This document shows, one piece after another, positions 44,372 to 55,163 of a DNA stretch of 64,000 nucleotides. Position numbers and translations under genes: made by a program. Location of the stretch: positions 928,001 to 992,000 of the forward strand of contig CAWKDC010000001.1 of the NCBI GenBank assembly GCA_963848305.1, in the 5' to 3' direction. The notes beneath the pieces are model-generated. The model saw nothing but the letters and a program-made list of their open reading frames with translations, made no database searches and had not been told where the DNA came from. Source of the stretch: an uncultured Gammaproteobacteria bacterium (GTDB lineage: Bacteria; Pseudomonadota; Gammaproteobacteria; JABCZS01). Each line of letters begins with the position of its first letter. Position 1 is the first letter of the stretch.

Positions 44372-44785
44372 TTATAGACCGTCCTCGTCCTCTTCTGGGG
44401 TTTCTGCAGGAGCAGCAGGCTCTTCATTATCTGTGGATTCGACGTCAGTCTCCACTTCAAGCCCTTCAACGATTAAATCGTCATCTAAATCTTCGTCTTC
44501 AGCCATTTCAGCCATGCTGGCAGCGACTTGAGCCAGCATTTCATCTGGGCTTAAGAAGGCGCTTTCAGCGGCTTTGACACTTTCTTGCTCTGCAATCGTT
44601 TCAGCAGTGACAAGACCGGCAGCTATTTCGCGCAATGCGACCACCGTGCTCTTATCGTTTTCCCAAGGCACGAGGGGCTCTTCGCCGCTCAGCAACAGGT
44701 AGCGCGCACGTTTGGCGGCTAACAATGTGAGTTCAAAGCGATTCGGGATTTTTGCTAAACAATCTTCAACGGTAATTCTGGCCAT
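44372..44785 (-). CDS. rpoZ: RNA polymerase omega subunit with acidic C-terminal extension
   Basis: [28 protein letters not shown]...[15 protein letters not shown]; directly upstream of spoT. Confidence 0.96.
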   Translation of the reverse strand: MARITVEDCLAKIPNRFELTLLAAKRARYLLLSGEEPLVPWENDKSTVVALREIAAGLVTAETIAEQESVKAAESAFLSPDEMLAQVAASMAEMAEDEDLDDDLIVEGLEVETDVESTDNEEPAAPAETPEEDEDGL

Positions 44786-45017
44786 GGTGCCCTCATTGAG
44801 TTCTGGTGAAACGGATAATCGCGCATTATACAGCCAAGCGGGGCTAAAGTACATACTCTGTGGACAATAACGAGCATAATCATCAAGCGCATCCAAAGTA
44901 TGCTCAATATGTAGATTTTCGCCTAATAAGCGAATTATTGCATATAAATTAGACTTTTTGCTAGAGAATGAGTATACTCCATATGCTATTATTCATTTAA
45001 CAGAGGAATATCTTCAT

Positions 45018-45821
45018 ATGAAAAGCACTAAAACAGAAGGCCTAGGCGCCAAAGGTAAGGAACGGCTTTCCAGTTTATTGAGAGAAACTCAAGCCACAGC
45101 GACCGTGGCGGAAGCTGCCAAACTTTGGAATATGCCAAGGTCAAGCGCGGCAAAGCTCCTAGCACTCTATGCGCGAAAAGGGTGGCTGATGCGAATTGCC
45201 CAGGGAGTATATATTCCTGTCCCACTTGCATCTAAAACCTCAACCGTCATGCCTGAAGACCCCATGACTATCGCTCAAAAACTCTACACACCATGTTACA
45301 TTGCAGGATGGAGTGCGGCCGAATACTGGGACATGACGGAGCAGATATTCAATACTCTCATGGTTGTAACGCAGATACAACAACGAAACTATCGCCCAAC
45401 CATTGCTGGCACACAGTATTTAATACACATCGTCAAACCTTCTCGTTTCTTTGGATTAGAAACAGTATGGTCCGATAATGTCAAAATTCAAATATCCGAT
45501 CCCACGAGAACCATTGTGGATCTCATGCTCAACCCTGAGATGGGCGGCGGCATTCGGTCCACAACAGATATATTCAAAAATTATATGTTATCTAAAGCAA
45601 AGTCCACAGAGAAACTGGTAGAATATCTAGCACTATTAAATGTGAGGGCTGCATACAAAAGGACAGGCTTCTTAACTGAAAAGTTTTTTCCAAATGAAAC
45701 GATTCTCATCGAAATCTGTCAAAAAAGCCTGACATCTGGGAATGCCAAATTAGACACCAAAATGGAATGCACTCAACTCGTGACGAAGTGGAGATTGTTT
45801 ATTCCGAAAAATTGGAGATAA
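45018..45821 (+). CDS. Type IV TA antitoxin, AbiEi family
   Basis: N-terminal HTH (GWLMRIAQGVY), CYIAGWSAAEYW, ISDPTRTIVD; directly upstream of an AbiEii gene. Confidence 0.88.
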   Translation: MKSTKTEGLGAKGKERLSSLLRETQATATVAEAAKLWNMPRSSAAKLLALYARKGWLMRIAQGVYIPVPLASKTSTVMPEDPMTIAQKLYTPCYIAGWSAAEYWDMTEQIFNTLMVVTQIQQRNYRPTIAGTQYLIHIVKPSRFFGLETVWSDNVKIQISDPTRTIVDLMLNPEMGGGIRSTTDIFKNYMLSKAKSTEKLVEYLALLNVRAAYKRTGFLTEKFFPNETILIEICQKSLTSGNAKLDTKMECTQLVTKWRLFIPKNWR

Positions 45822-45824
45822 ACA

Positions 45825-46661
45825 ATGATAACAAAAAACGAAATGATGGAAAAAGCACAAATATATGGCCTTTCACCCAATATTGTTGAAAAAGACTATG
45901 TTTTAAGCTGGATTTTAGCTGGCATCTCCTCACAGAAAGATTTTAACGAGGACTGGATTTTTAAGGGTGGAACATGTCTTAAAAAATGTTTTTTCGATGA
46001 ATATCGCTTCAGTGAAGATTTAGACTATACCCTGAAAAATGCTGCCCATCTCAATGCAACATTTTTGACAAACACATTTGCATTGATTAATGAATGGATA
46101 TATAAGCAATCAGGCATTCGAATTATTTCCACTCTCTTTGAGGAATACATTAATCCACATGAAAATTTATCCATTCAGGGAAAACTCGAGTATATTGGCC
46201 CTCTGCAACGAAGAGGGAGCGCACCCAAGATCAAACTCGATTTAACATGCGATGAAATGTTGGTTTTCTCGCCCGAAAAAAGGCCTGTATACCATTCATA
46301 TTCAGATATTCCCCCTGGGAAACTATTTATTTACACATATACGATTGAGGAAATTTTTTCAGAAAAATTGAGAACGTTGATTCAACGCCTACGACCACGT
46401 GATTTATATGACGTGGTTAATCTGTACACAGACAAGCGGTTCGCGCCTGATCAGAATAAAGTATTGGAAGCACTTCAAAAAAAATGTGCATTCAAAAATG
46501 TCGCATTACCGTCCATGATATTACTGAATGAGATGCCTGAAAAGCAGGATTTGATCAACGGCTGGTCGGAAATGCTCGCCCATCAAGTCAAGCACTTAGA
46601 GCCATATGAGAATTATTGGAAAAGGCTGCCAGAGATTTTTGATTGGATATATGGATCTTGA
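45825..46661 (+). CDS. Type IV TA toxin, AbiEii nucleotidyltransferase
   Basis: EKDY, FKGGTCLKKC, RFSEDLDY, EKL, RPRDLYD motifs. Confidence 0.92.
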   Translation: MITKNEMMEKAQIYGLSPNIVEKDYVLSWILAGISSQKDFNEDWIFKGGTCLKKCFFDEYRFSEDLDYTLKNAAHLNATFLTNTFALINEWIYKQSGIRIISTLFEEYINPHENLSIQGKLEYIGPLQRRGSAPKIKLDLTCDEMLVFSPEKRPVYHSYSDIPPGKLFIYTYTIEEIFSEKLRTLIQRLRPRDLYDVVNLYTDKRFAPDQNKVLEALQKKCAFKNVALPSMILLNEMPEKQDLINGWSEMLAHQVKHLEPYENYWKRLPEIFDWIYGS

Positions 46662-46718
46662 CTTTTGAGCCCAATTGATGTTAGTATATTAACCAATATC
46701 AGATGGGGTATTTATCGT

Positions 46719-49700
46719 ATGATCAATGGGTTAGAGATACTGCCAGATTGGCTGTTTCTTGAGAATGAGATTGTATCAGGTAGTTACACGTCTAGCACGA
46801 CAGGACGGTTTGCCCCTGCCGTTGGCATGGATGCCAGTGGCCATCAATCCCCTTGGAAGCAAAGTATTCCCAGCGAACAAAAGCCCGACCGGGTAAAAAA
46901 AACCGTGGTGGTCAACGATTTTGTCCTGGCGGATCCTTTTTATGATTCTGACGATTTTGTACATAAACTCAATGTGCTAGAACAACTGATTGATGCTGGA
47001 TTTGATCTTTACTTACTCCGTCCAAACGAAGCCCCCCAAGCGCTCAAGGTTCCACTCAATGTTGCAGATTTCACAAAAGCGCCTATCCCAAATCTCGCGC
47101 TCAACGAAGCAACACGCTTATTGACTCAGGCGATACCTGATATCGACGCTGACCATATTGCGTTATGCACCAATAAAAAATTAGATGACCTTGTCAATTT
47201 GCTGGCGTTTGAAAAACCCCTCTCATATCTGAAAAACAAAGCAAGAATGCATAAACGTGATATCGCGCGCAGAGAATCTCTGGTCTTCTACTACGAACAA
47301 ACAGGCATTGTCCCGCACACTGAATATTCCCTCCCAACCGTCTCACCAGAAAATGTTCAATCTATCTATATTGAAAAGCTTGGAGCGCACGAAATCCAAG
47401 AAAGACATCATTTGAAAAAACTACATATCCACATTTCAACGATAGGTGAGGATAATCTTATTGATTGGCTAGATAAAACGCCAAATATTGAGTCTTTAAA
47501 AATCACAAGTTCACAATTAACCCCCATTGACGTCACCCATAAGGCAGGCAAACCGCTCCAATACCTTACCGAGATTGATTTCACAGGATCCTCGATAAGT
47601 ACTGGTGGGTTATGGGCGCTGCTGAAAAGAGCACCGTATGTGACGTCGATTATATTTCCAGGGATTAGAATATACAATTCCGGTAGCATCGACGATGATT
47701 TGAGTCTGGACTATCTCATCGAACTTAACATTAGCAGCAGCGCATTATCGAAAGATAACATTCAAGCAATATTGAATAAAACATCAAAACTCACTCGTTT
47801 GACACTGACGACTGCTCAATTTAAGTATATCAATAATCTTGATCGCAGTTTATTCGAACACATATCCGAATTAAAAATTATTCAAAAGGATCTATATCTT
47901 TCTCACAATGACCGCGTGCTTTCTGCCATTGATGTTGGAAATTTTCTCAAGAAAACACCCAATATCAAATACCTCGAATTAACTCCTGCTGAAATCACTG
48001 GGGATATAGGTTGGGATAGCATTCCACTGGAGGCATTATCTGTTCTCAAAATGGAGAGTACTATCGTCCATTCCCCTGTTCCGCCAAAGCTCACTGAACA
48101 ATTAACTTATTTTGGCCCGCCTGTATACAAATTTATAATATCGTCAGGTCAAGAAATAGTAGGATGTGTTTGCAGCGAAATACCTAGAAACTGCAACAAA
48201 ATGCGCCAGCTGTCGAGCGACTCATTAAATCGCTGGTCTTCAACCTTGTTCTCAACATTTAATTTTTTCGACATTCCCCATATGCCCAATATCAGACATT
48301 TGGACTTGTCTTTGATTAACTTTCCTAACAACCCATCACTTTCCATCCCCCCAGGATCGAGCTTAGGCGTCTTTCATTTTTCCTTCAATCAAGTTTCATT
48401 CGAAAATAATGCGGTGGATGCATTAAATTTGCTGTTAAATGTTCTACAAACCGCCAAAGTAATTAATGCTGGGTCAATTCCAAGCTGGGATGAGCAGCAA
48501 TCTCATTCATTCACGCAATCATTTCCAAACCTGGTTAATTTAGATATTAGTAAAAGTCCATGTATGAATCCTGTCATCGCACATATCTTGAAGAACTCGC
48601 CGAACCTCAGATCGCTGACCCTTAAGAATGAAATGTTGAAAGAAGCTGCACAGTTTATTCCCCCCTCAAATAGAATCACTGTCGTTAGCATTCCCAGCCT
48701 CAAAATGGAAGACAAAGAACAGACGATAAATTTCTTTTCTAAATTACATCAGCTAAGGGTAGTCAATGTTGAGCACTACTCTGGAGATAATATTTCCAGC
48801 AGTTTTAGTGAATTCTCAAATAATACTGTATACCTTTACTGCGACGCACCCACTGCTCCCCCAGGTATTGATCAACACACTAATCAACACATTCCACGCA
48901 TGTCCAGAACACCATCTTCGCCGGTGAATCCTGACAATATAACAACCATATCAGGCACAAAAAGGAAAAACAAAGTTCACGTCCGAGACAATACTGCGCC
49001 CGCAACAACAAGTATTATTATGCCATTAAACAAAGCAAAGTATACGATGTATCCTGTTTGTGAGCGAATTGATGGTCAAGCAACACCTTTTGAAAAGATT
49101 CGAAAACGTTTATTTCGATATGATTTTAGTTCAATTGATGAGGATGCATATATAGACTCACTGCGTAAAAGGTATGTACAATACGATTCCGCTGAACGAC
49201 CCATGACGGCAGAACCTGCGGATCATCAATTTAACTATCGCGTGAAACCAAGAAATGCTATTTATTCAGAAGAAAATAAATGCTGGTTGATACAGCTGTG
49301 GTCTCTCACTCAAGAGGACATTATTGTTGATAGTGTGTCACTCGGTGAAAAATCATACGCCCCAAGATATTGCAAGGCAAGCAAAAGCCACTACATTGTG
49401 CTTGACCAGGAACCCACAGAAGAATTGTCAGTTTCGTTTAAGGTAAAAACACCTCGAGATCCTCATCAAATCACTGAGCTGCCCAACGAGCTACAAAGCC
49501 TATTTGAAGAGTTCAATCAGCCGTTTGAAAAATTTCAAGAAAACGCTGCTATCAACTCGACCATGAAAAACATGCGCAAGAATATTAAGCATTATCCTTG
49601 CGGGGTAAGGACCCTCGTATTCTTATATAATTTACACACAATGAACATTCCAAATTTCACGGCTCTAGGGTGCGAATCAGGAGACCATGCTTGGGTTGAA

Positions 49701-52700
49701 TTGGTATACGATGGAAAACCTTACACGCTGGATCTGGGCGGTGCAGCTGTCCATATGGTGTACGAAGATACAACACCAACCTCAACAGGAACGGAACCAT
49801 CTTCATTACCAAAACCTGTCGCGCCGACACCTGCACCAACGATACCTGCTGCATTGACGATGACGCATCCATGTCCACATAAACACAAAAAGCCGCCACT
49901 GCCGAAGCTAAACACATTGGACGACTTTAAAGACCATTTGCAGAAGCAGGGGAAAAATACACTATTCGTCTTTGATACACGAAAAGCACTTGAACAGGCC
50001 CGTTCATATATTCTGAATACTATCAAAAATAAAACGATTGCGGTGAATAAACCTGCAGATTTACAATCCACCGTTCCCTATGTTGCATTAGATAAAACAA
50101 CATGGACACCACAAGATCCACCAGGTGGGTGGATTAAGAACCAACTTGAGAATCCAAACAACACACATCTCTTGATCGATTGGTCACGTTTCAATGATGG
50201 CATAGCCAAGGTGAATGGTTGCATCGATGAGGTGCAACATCGCAAATTACACAATATCCCTATTAATCGCAACATGCATGTGATTGGATTGATCCTGCAG
50301 GATAGCCATCATCTGGGCGATGACTCCTTTATTTCTAGGCATGGTCATGATGTTTTTGTGATTGATCATACCTTCCCTCTGTCACTCAACAATATATTTG
50401 CTCGCAAAGCAGATCCTATCGAACTTTATGAATCTGCTGGATGGATGGAAATGCTTTTCGGATCACCGATTCTCGATGAGGACAATGGTACATATCTCCC
50501 CGGTCAATTGACAGCTTTGACTGAATCGATGCATTTGACATTTAACAACCCGCCCAAGGAAGATAAAGACTTTAATCTCTTGGCGGATGATCTGAGAAAT
50601 GGCAACCTTATCCATTATCACGACAAATCAATCACATTACCGCCCATGTCAATTGAGTTAACATGGGGATACGCTTTTAATAAGCGATCTCAATGTGTTC
50701 AAAAGATATTCACGAATGTTAACCTCAATGATTTACCTGCTGTCGATCATGTGCTGAATCCTGCTACATTCGAACGTTGTTTGCACAACCATTATGTTTT
50801 CGCTAAAAAATATAAAGAAGGATTAGGATGGATTGACTCAATACAACAGGATGAAATGTCATTCTACATTACCCGCTCGCTCAGCATCCAACAATACTGC
50901 GCATTGCTGGATCACGCCAAAGATAAAAAATTGACATTGTATCTTGCGCCAGATGTCACATTGCCCAGCGAGTTAAAGATGTCACCGAGTGCAATGGCAT
51001 CTTCACAGAGACGATATAACATTAGAGCTATACTGGTTAACACGAATGATGCTGATCAATGGATTGATAACAACAGCAAAAATTCTGATATCATCATCGA
51101 TATTTCTGAGCTTTCACCCGATGATATCTTGTACCGATACGCTCATCATTTTGACAGAGAAAGCAAGAAGTTTGATTTTGAAGAGATTGAAAGCGACATT
51201 TTATCGGCTTTAAAAATGAGCAAAAATGTTTATCTGACAGGTACATTTTCACCTGCCATGGCTGATCACCTGAGCACCGTTGCGCTAGGATATATCTGGC
51301 AAGATATGCGCAAGCAAGCTATCACCGGAAAATTATTTTTAATACCTAAACAAAAAACAACGCTGTTCAACTGGTTACCTATCGAAAACCCAAACTCTTA
51401 CGCCCATAATGATTGTCCCGCTTTACCCATTTATCATGCCGATGAACCTGACACAAATGCCGAAGCATTTCAAAACGCGAGATTCACTGTCCTTCGTACA
51501 GCGCTCTCAAATCATCCTGCAATTCTGATTGAGGGCGAACCGGGGATTGGTAAAAGTAGTTTTATTCACACACTTAAGCAAAAGGTTGCTACAAATTTAT
51601 TTTTCGCGGAAGCTCAAGTCGATGCATGGTCTTTAATGAAAGGCACAGTCGATGACCCTGCTGTGTTGGTCATTGATGAAGCCACCATTCGCAACACGGA
51701 TTTTTCTATATTTCGTGGTTTGTATACCCAAAATCCGCATATCTTGATCAACGGTAGGATTCGTCATATTGATGTGAAGACCCAGAAAATTATTTTCTTG
51801 GGAAACACTGTTAAAAATATGCCTTCTTTATTACAAGACAAAGTGCCTAAACTTATCTTTAAAAAATTATCGAAAAATTTTATTATCGACAAAATTTTAA
51901 AACCGATATTCACAGTTGCTTCTATAGAAGACGATGCTGAATTTTTTTATGAAAGTCACAAAAATGATTCTGTTCGAGTGCTTCAATCCAACGCAATAGC
52001 TCACTGCGCATCACTCAACCCAACCCATGCATCCAATTCACTGGAGAATATGGTTGGATTCCATGTGACACTTTCACGAATGGATGTTATCAGCAGTTTA
52101 ATCAACAGCCTCAATGCGCGCCATTTTATGCGTCGCGCTGGCAATACATCAAATTTCGACTCACCAAAATATGGTGGCCAAACAGGATTATGGATTGAAA
52201 GGCCTTCCAGCATTGGTAAAACGGAAATGGTTCGTGAAGTGCTTAAAACATTACAGTACATCGACATGACCGATACAGAGATAGATGCAATTCGAATCGG
52301 TTCTAAAGACTTTGAGGGTCAACACCGCTTTTATGAAATGCCTGCCGGATGTGACGCCTCACTGATGATCAAGCGGTTCCAAAAAGCGGCGGATCAAGGT
52401 ATTGTGGTCGCTTTCCATGAAATGGATACAGCGTTGTCTGATGAACTGGTGGCAGCCATCAACCCGCTGCTCATGGGAGAAACATTGCAGTTTGGTAGGC
52501 CAACGGTTCCTGGCTTCATGTTGATCGCGACTGGCAATGGCTGCGGCGAGCCCGGCCGCAGACAATTGGCTTCATCGCTGAAATCCCGATTTAAATCTTT
52601 CACATTAGATGAATATACTGAGACTGAATATACTGATATTTGCGCTAAAAGGTTTACACATTTGAATCGTCCAACCATTGAACATTATGTTCATGAAGGC

Positions 52701-52934
52701 AAATACCGAAATTTAAGGACGCTTATTGCCATATTGAATGATGCGATAAATCTCCCTGTAACAACCATTAATGTTCCAACCCCTGCTCCTGCACCAATCA
52801 AAGGGGTCAGCCATACCACTCATGATACCGGTGTCAAACCCGAACCTGCCTTCTGGCGGTACAATCCTTCGTCCCCACTGCAGCATGCATGCTCACCGCA
52901 GCCTTCAAGCCAGAACCTTTCTATGAAAATATAG
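46719..52934 (+). CDS. Giant multidomain protein: LRR region, transglutaminase-like Cys-His-Asp domain, tandem AAA+ modules
   Basis: LRR-like repeats (TPNIESLKI, LTEIDFTGS, LIELNISSS, PNIRHLDLS, PNLVNLDISKS); CGVR...HAWVE...DLGG; Walker A/B EGEPGIGKS / VLVIDEA and a second ERPSSIGKT / FHEMD. Start set at ATG 46719. Confidence 0.8.
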   Translation: MINGLEILPDWLFLENEIVSGSYTSSTTGRFAPAVGMDASGHQSPWKQSIPSEQKPDRVKKTVVVNDFVLADPFYDSDDFVHKLNVLEQLIDAGFDLYLLRPNEAPQALKVPLNVADFTKAPIPNLALNEATRLLTQAIPDIDADHIALCTNKKLDDLVNLLAFEKPLSYLKNKARMHKRDIARRESLVFYYEQTGIVPHTEYSLPTVSPENVQSIYIEKLGAHEIQERHHLKKLHIHISTIGEDNLIDWLDKTPNIESLKITSSQLTPIDVTHKAGKPLQYLTEIDFTGSSISTGGLWALLKRAPYVTSIIFPGIRIYNSGSIDDDLSLDYLIELNISSSALSKDNIQAILNKTSKLTRLTLTTAQFKYINNLDRSLFEHISELKIIQKDLYLSHNDRVLSAIDVGNFLKKTPNIKYLELTPAEITGDIGWDSIPLEALSVLKMESTIVHSPVPPKLTEQLTYFGPPVYKFIISSGQEIVGCVCSEIPRNCNKMRQLSSDSLNRWSSTLFSTFNFFDIPHMPNIRHLDLSLINFPNNPSLSIPPGSSLGVFHFSFNQVSFENNAVDALNLLLNVLQTAKVINAGSIPSWDEQQSHSFTQSFPNLVNLDISKSPCMNPVIAHILKNSPNLRSLTLKNEMLKEAAQFIPPSNRITVVSIPSLKMEDKEQTINFFSKLHQLRVVNVEHYSGDNISSSFSEFSNNTVYLYCDAPTAPPGIDQHTNQHIPRMSRTPSSPVNPDNITTISGTKRKNKVHVRDNTAPATTSIIMPLNKAKYTMYPVCERIDGQATPFEKIRKRLFRYDFSSIDEDAYIDSLRKRYVQYDSAERPMTAEPADHQFNYRVKPRNAIYSEENKCWLIQLWSLTQEDIIVDSVSLGEKSYAPRYCKASKSHYIVLDQEPTEELSVSFKVKTPRDPHQITELPNELQSLFEEFNQPFEKFQENAAINSTMKNMRKNIKHYPCGVRTLVFLYNLHTMNIPNFTALGCESGDHAWVELVYDGKPYTLDLGGAAVHMVYEDTTPTSTGTEPSSLPKPVAPTPAPTIPAALTMTHPCPHKHKKPPLPKLNTLDDFKDHLQKQGKNTLFVFDTRKALEQARSYILNTIKNKTIAVNKPADLQSTVPYVALDKTTWTPQDPPGGWIKNQLENPNNTHLLIDWSRFNDGIAKVNGCIDEVQHRKLHNIPINRNMHVIGLILQDSHHLGDDSFISRHGHDVFVIDHTFPLSLNNIFARKADPIELYESAGWMEMLFGSPILDEDNGTYLPGQLTALTESMHLTFNNPPKEDKDFNLLADDLRNGNLIHYHDKSITLPPMSIELTWGYAFNKRSQCVQKIFTNVNLNDLPAVDHVLNPATFERCLHNHYVFAKKYKEGLGWIDSIQQDEMSFYITRSLSIQQYCALLDHAKDKKLTLYLAPDVTLPSELKMSPSAMASSQRRYNIRAILVNTNDADQWIDNNSKNSDIIIDISELSPDDILYRYAHHFDRESKKFDFEEIESDILSALKMSKNVYLTGTFSPAMADHLSTVALGYIWQDMRKQAITGKLFLIPKQKTTLFNWLPIENPNSYAHNDCPALPIYHADEPDTNAEAFQNARFTVLRTALSNHPAILIEGEPGIGKSSFIHTLKQKVATNLFFAEAQVDAWSLMKGTVDDPAVLVIDEATIRNTDFSIFRGLYTQNPHILINGRIRHIDVKTQKIIFLGNTVKNMPSLLQDKVPKLIFKKLSKNFIIDKILKPIFTVASIEDDAEFFYESHKNDSVRVLQSNAIAHCASLNPTHASNSLENMVGFHVTLSRMDVISSLINSLNARHFMRRAGNTSNFDSPKYGGQTGLWIERPSSIGKTEMVREVLKTLQYIDMTDTEIDAIRIGSKDFEGQHRFYEMPAGCDASLMIKRFQKAADQGIVVAFHEMDTALSDELVAAINPLLMGETLQFGRPTVPGFMLIATGNGCGEPGRRQLASSLKSRFKSFTLDEYTETEYTDICAKRFTHLNRPTIEHYVHEGKYRNLRTLIAILNDAINLPVTTINVPTPAPAPIKGVSHTTHDTGVKPEPAFWRYNPSSPLQHACSPQPSSQNLSMKI

Positions 52935-53237
52935 ATAACCCCATTGGCCCACTTTTCACACTAGGCTTAGCCGCTTGTGCAATAGGGACGGCAGTGAAAT
53001 ACAAGTCTGAGCGATATGGCAGTGGGATGGTTGCGTTAGGGCCTTTATCATGCGTCTCCGCGGCGTTACACCTGTTAAGCAAGGTATGGATGGATGACAC
53101 GATAGTAGATGATTCTCATACACGAATATTGGCTACCAGTCTTTACGGTGCGTGCGCAGCCACCGGCATTGTTTCCACGGGATTAGAAGCACACCGGGTC
53201 TCGCGTTTTACGTTAAGATAGGCTAGAATGGCGAGAT

Positions 53238-53310
53238 GGGTCGTTAGCTCAGTTGGTAGAGCGTCGGACTCTTAATCCGCTGGTCGTTGGTTCGATCCCA
53301 ACACGGCCCA
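53238..53310 (+). tRNA. tRNA-Lys(CTT)
   Basis: GGGTCGTTAGCTCAGTTGGTAGAGCGTCGGACTCTTAATCCG...GGTTCGATCCCAACACGGCCCA; CCA end not encoded. Confidence 0.93.
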
Positions 53311-53500
53311 ATAAATTAAATAATGATAACAATAAGTTAAATAAAAAATACCTAAAATGCCTATAAATTTGCGTCGCAAATATTGACCTCCTAGACAATA
53401 TGACCTAATGAATATTAATTCATCTTCAGTAAGATAGTTTTGGCAACAACATCTGTTTTAAGAATTTTGCCTTGAGGTGCTTTATCCCAACTCGTTAATC

Positions 53501-53632
53501 TCATATACGGTTGAGTGCTGTCCGCTCTTTATAATGAACCTCAATCCCACTTTCCCCCGCCTGCTGTGTAAAGATGAGGAATTCAGCGATGCTATTACGA
53601 ATCATCAATTTATCTGATTGTTTTTTATTCAT
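53501..53632 (-). pseudogene. N-terminal remnant of a RhuM-family protein
   Basis: MNKKQSDKLMIRNSIAEFLIFTQQAGESGIEVHY, then an early stop; IRNSxAEFLIF is the N-terminal signature of RhuM-like proteins as recalled. Confidence 0.65.
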
Positions 53633-54215
53633 GCTTCCACTCTTTTTGGTTTTTGACACGCAATCTATTCGCCTTCACAATCGCGACCAAAGACGCGAGG
53701 GCTTCCTCGAAATCGTCATTCACGACAATATAATCAAACTCTGCGTAATGTGACATCTCTTCTTCTGCCTCACTCAATCGCTCCGCAATGACTTCGGGGG
53801 AATCTGATTGGCGTCCTTTCAAGCGCTCTTCAAGTACGGCCATTGAAGGGGGGAAAATAAAAATGCCTATCGTATCAGCAATCTTTTCTCGCACGGCGCG
53901 TGCGCCCTGCCAGTCGATCTCTAAAATCACATCAATGCCTTTGCTTAATGTATCCAAAACCCATTGTTTGCTGGTGCCATAATGATTGTGAAAAACGGTG
54001 GCGCTTTCCAAAAAATCTCCGCGCTTTTCCATCGCTGAAAAAGTGGGTTCATCAGTGAAAAAATAATTCACGCCGTGTTCTTCATTGGGACGTTTAGGGC
54101 GTGTGGTATGAGAAATGGAGACTTGAATGCCATCCACCTTTTTCAATAGCGCCGATACCAAACTGGTTTTTCCTGCGCCGGAAGGCGCTGCGATGATATA
54201 AAGAGACATGATCAC
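53625..54215 (-). CDS. gmk: Guanylate kinase
   Basis: AAPSGAGKTSL, SISHTTRPKRPNE, ILEIDWQGA. Confidence 0.97.
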   Translation of the reverse strand: MIMSLYIIAAPSGAGKTSLVSALLKKVDGIQVSISHTTRPKRPNEEHGVNYFFTDEPTFSAMEKRGDFLESATVFHNHYGTSKQWVLDTLSKGIDVILEIDWQGARAVREKIADTIGIFIFPPSMAVLEERLKGRQSDSPEVIAERLSEAEEEMSHYAEFDYIVVNDDFEEALASLVAIVKANRLRVKNQKEWKHE

Positions 54216-55076
54216 TCCATATTTTGTACTTGTTCACGCATTTGCTCAATTAATACTTTTAATTCCACTGCGGTATTTGTGGATGTCAGCGATTGTGCCT
54301 TACTGCTCAGCGTATTGGCTTCGCGATTCAATTCTTGCATTAAAAAATCAAGCCGCCGACCGACTGCGCCACCTTCTGCTAATGCTGCTTTGACCGCAGC
54401 GACATGCGCGAGCAATCGATCCATTTCTTCCGCAACATCCGCACGACTGGCCCACAACACCAATTCTTGCTCAATGCGATGTTCATCCGCAGACACCGCG
54501 GCTTGCGCCAAGCGGTTCATCAATTTATCGCGAGCCGATTGCATCATTTCATTGAGATGAGGTTTCAACATCCCGACTTGTTCCGCAATCGCATCACAGC
54601 GCGATTCCATGAATGTTTTCAGACCGGCGCCTTCGCGTGCACGCATGTTGTGCAACGCCTCAAGCAGTAAATCAAGCCCTTTCATGAAAGGCACCACTCA
54701 ACGCATGAATATCGATCTGTGCATGTGCGAGTACACCGGGAACGGACAAGACATCACATAAATTCACATGTGTGTCATGGGGAATCAGTGCTTTCACTTC
54801 CATCAATGCATTCACGTAGGCTTGCGCGATGCCACGATCCACCGCCATGTGAGTGACTTCACCACTGGGGTAGAAATGCACATTTAAATCGACTTTACCG
54901 CGGGATAATGCCTGACGCAAACGATCGCGCGTATCGACTTCCAGCGCCCGAAGCACCTCAGGCAGGCGCAGCGACACATCCAAATATCGGTGGTTGACCG
55001 TACGGATTTCATAAGTCAATGTTCCCCAAACGCCCACATGTTCAATGCGAGCAAACCCTGTCATGCTGGTGATCAT
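54212..55076 (-). CDS. yicC: YicC/YloC family endoribonuclease (one frameshift at ~54692)
   Basis: MITSMTGFAR, TVNHRYLD, DVAEEMDRL, GRRLDFLMQELNREANTLSSK, EQMREQVQNME. Reading GGTCC instead of GGTGCC restores the frame. Confidence 0.93.
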
Positions 55077-55163
55077 CAGTGCCCCTCCCTCTAAAAACGA
55101 TATCCTACCAGATAGGCTGATTTTCAGGTAGAATACATTTCCATTTGAAGCAGGAACCCAAAG

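Noticed and set aside
52889-53221. 110-aa hydrophobic ORF after the giant gene
   Set aside because: It overlaps the giant ORF, has no clear RBS or start and no recognisable motif; it may be a fragment, but I cannot support a call.
44958-53330. Intact prophage or integrative element at tRNA-Lys
   Set aside because: No integrase, phage or conjugation genes, no duplicated tRNA 3' end found, and the cargo lies 5' of the tRNA.
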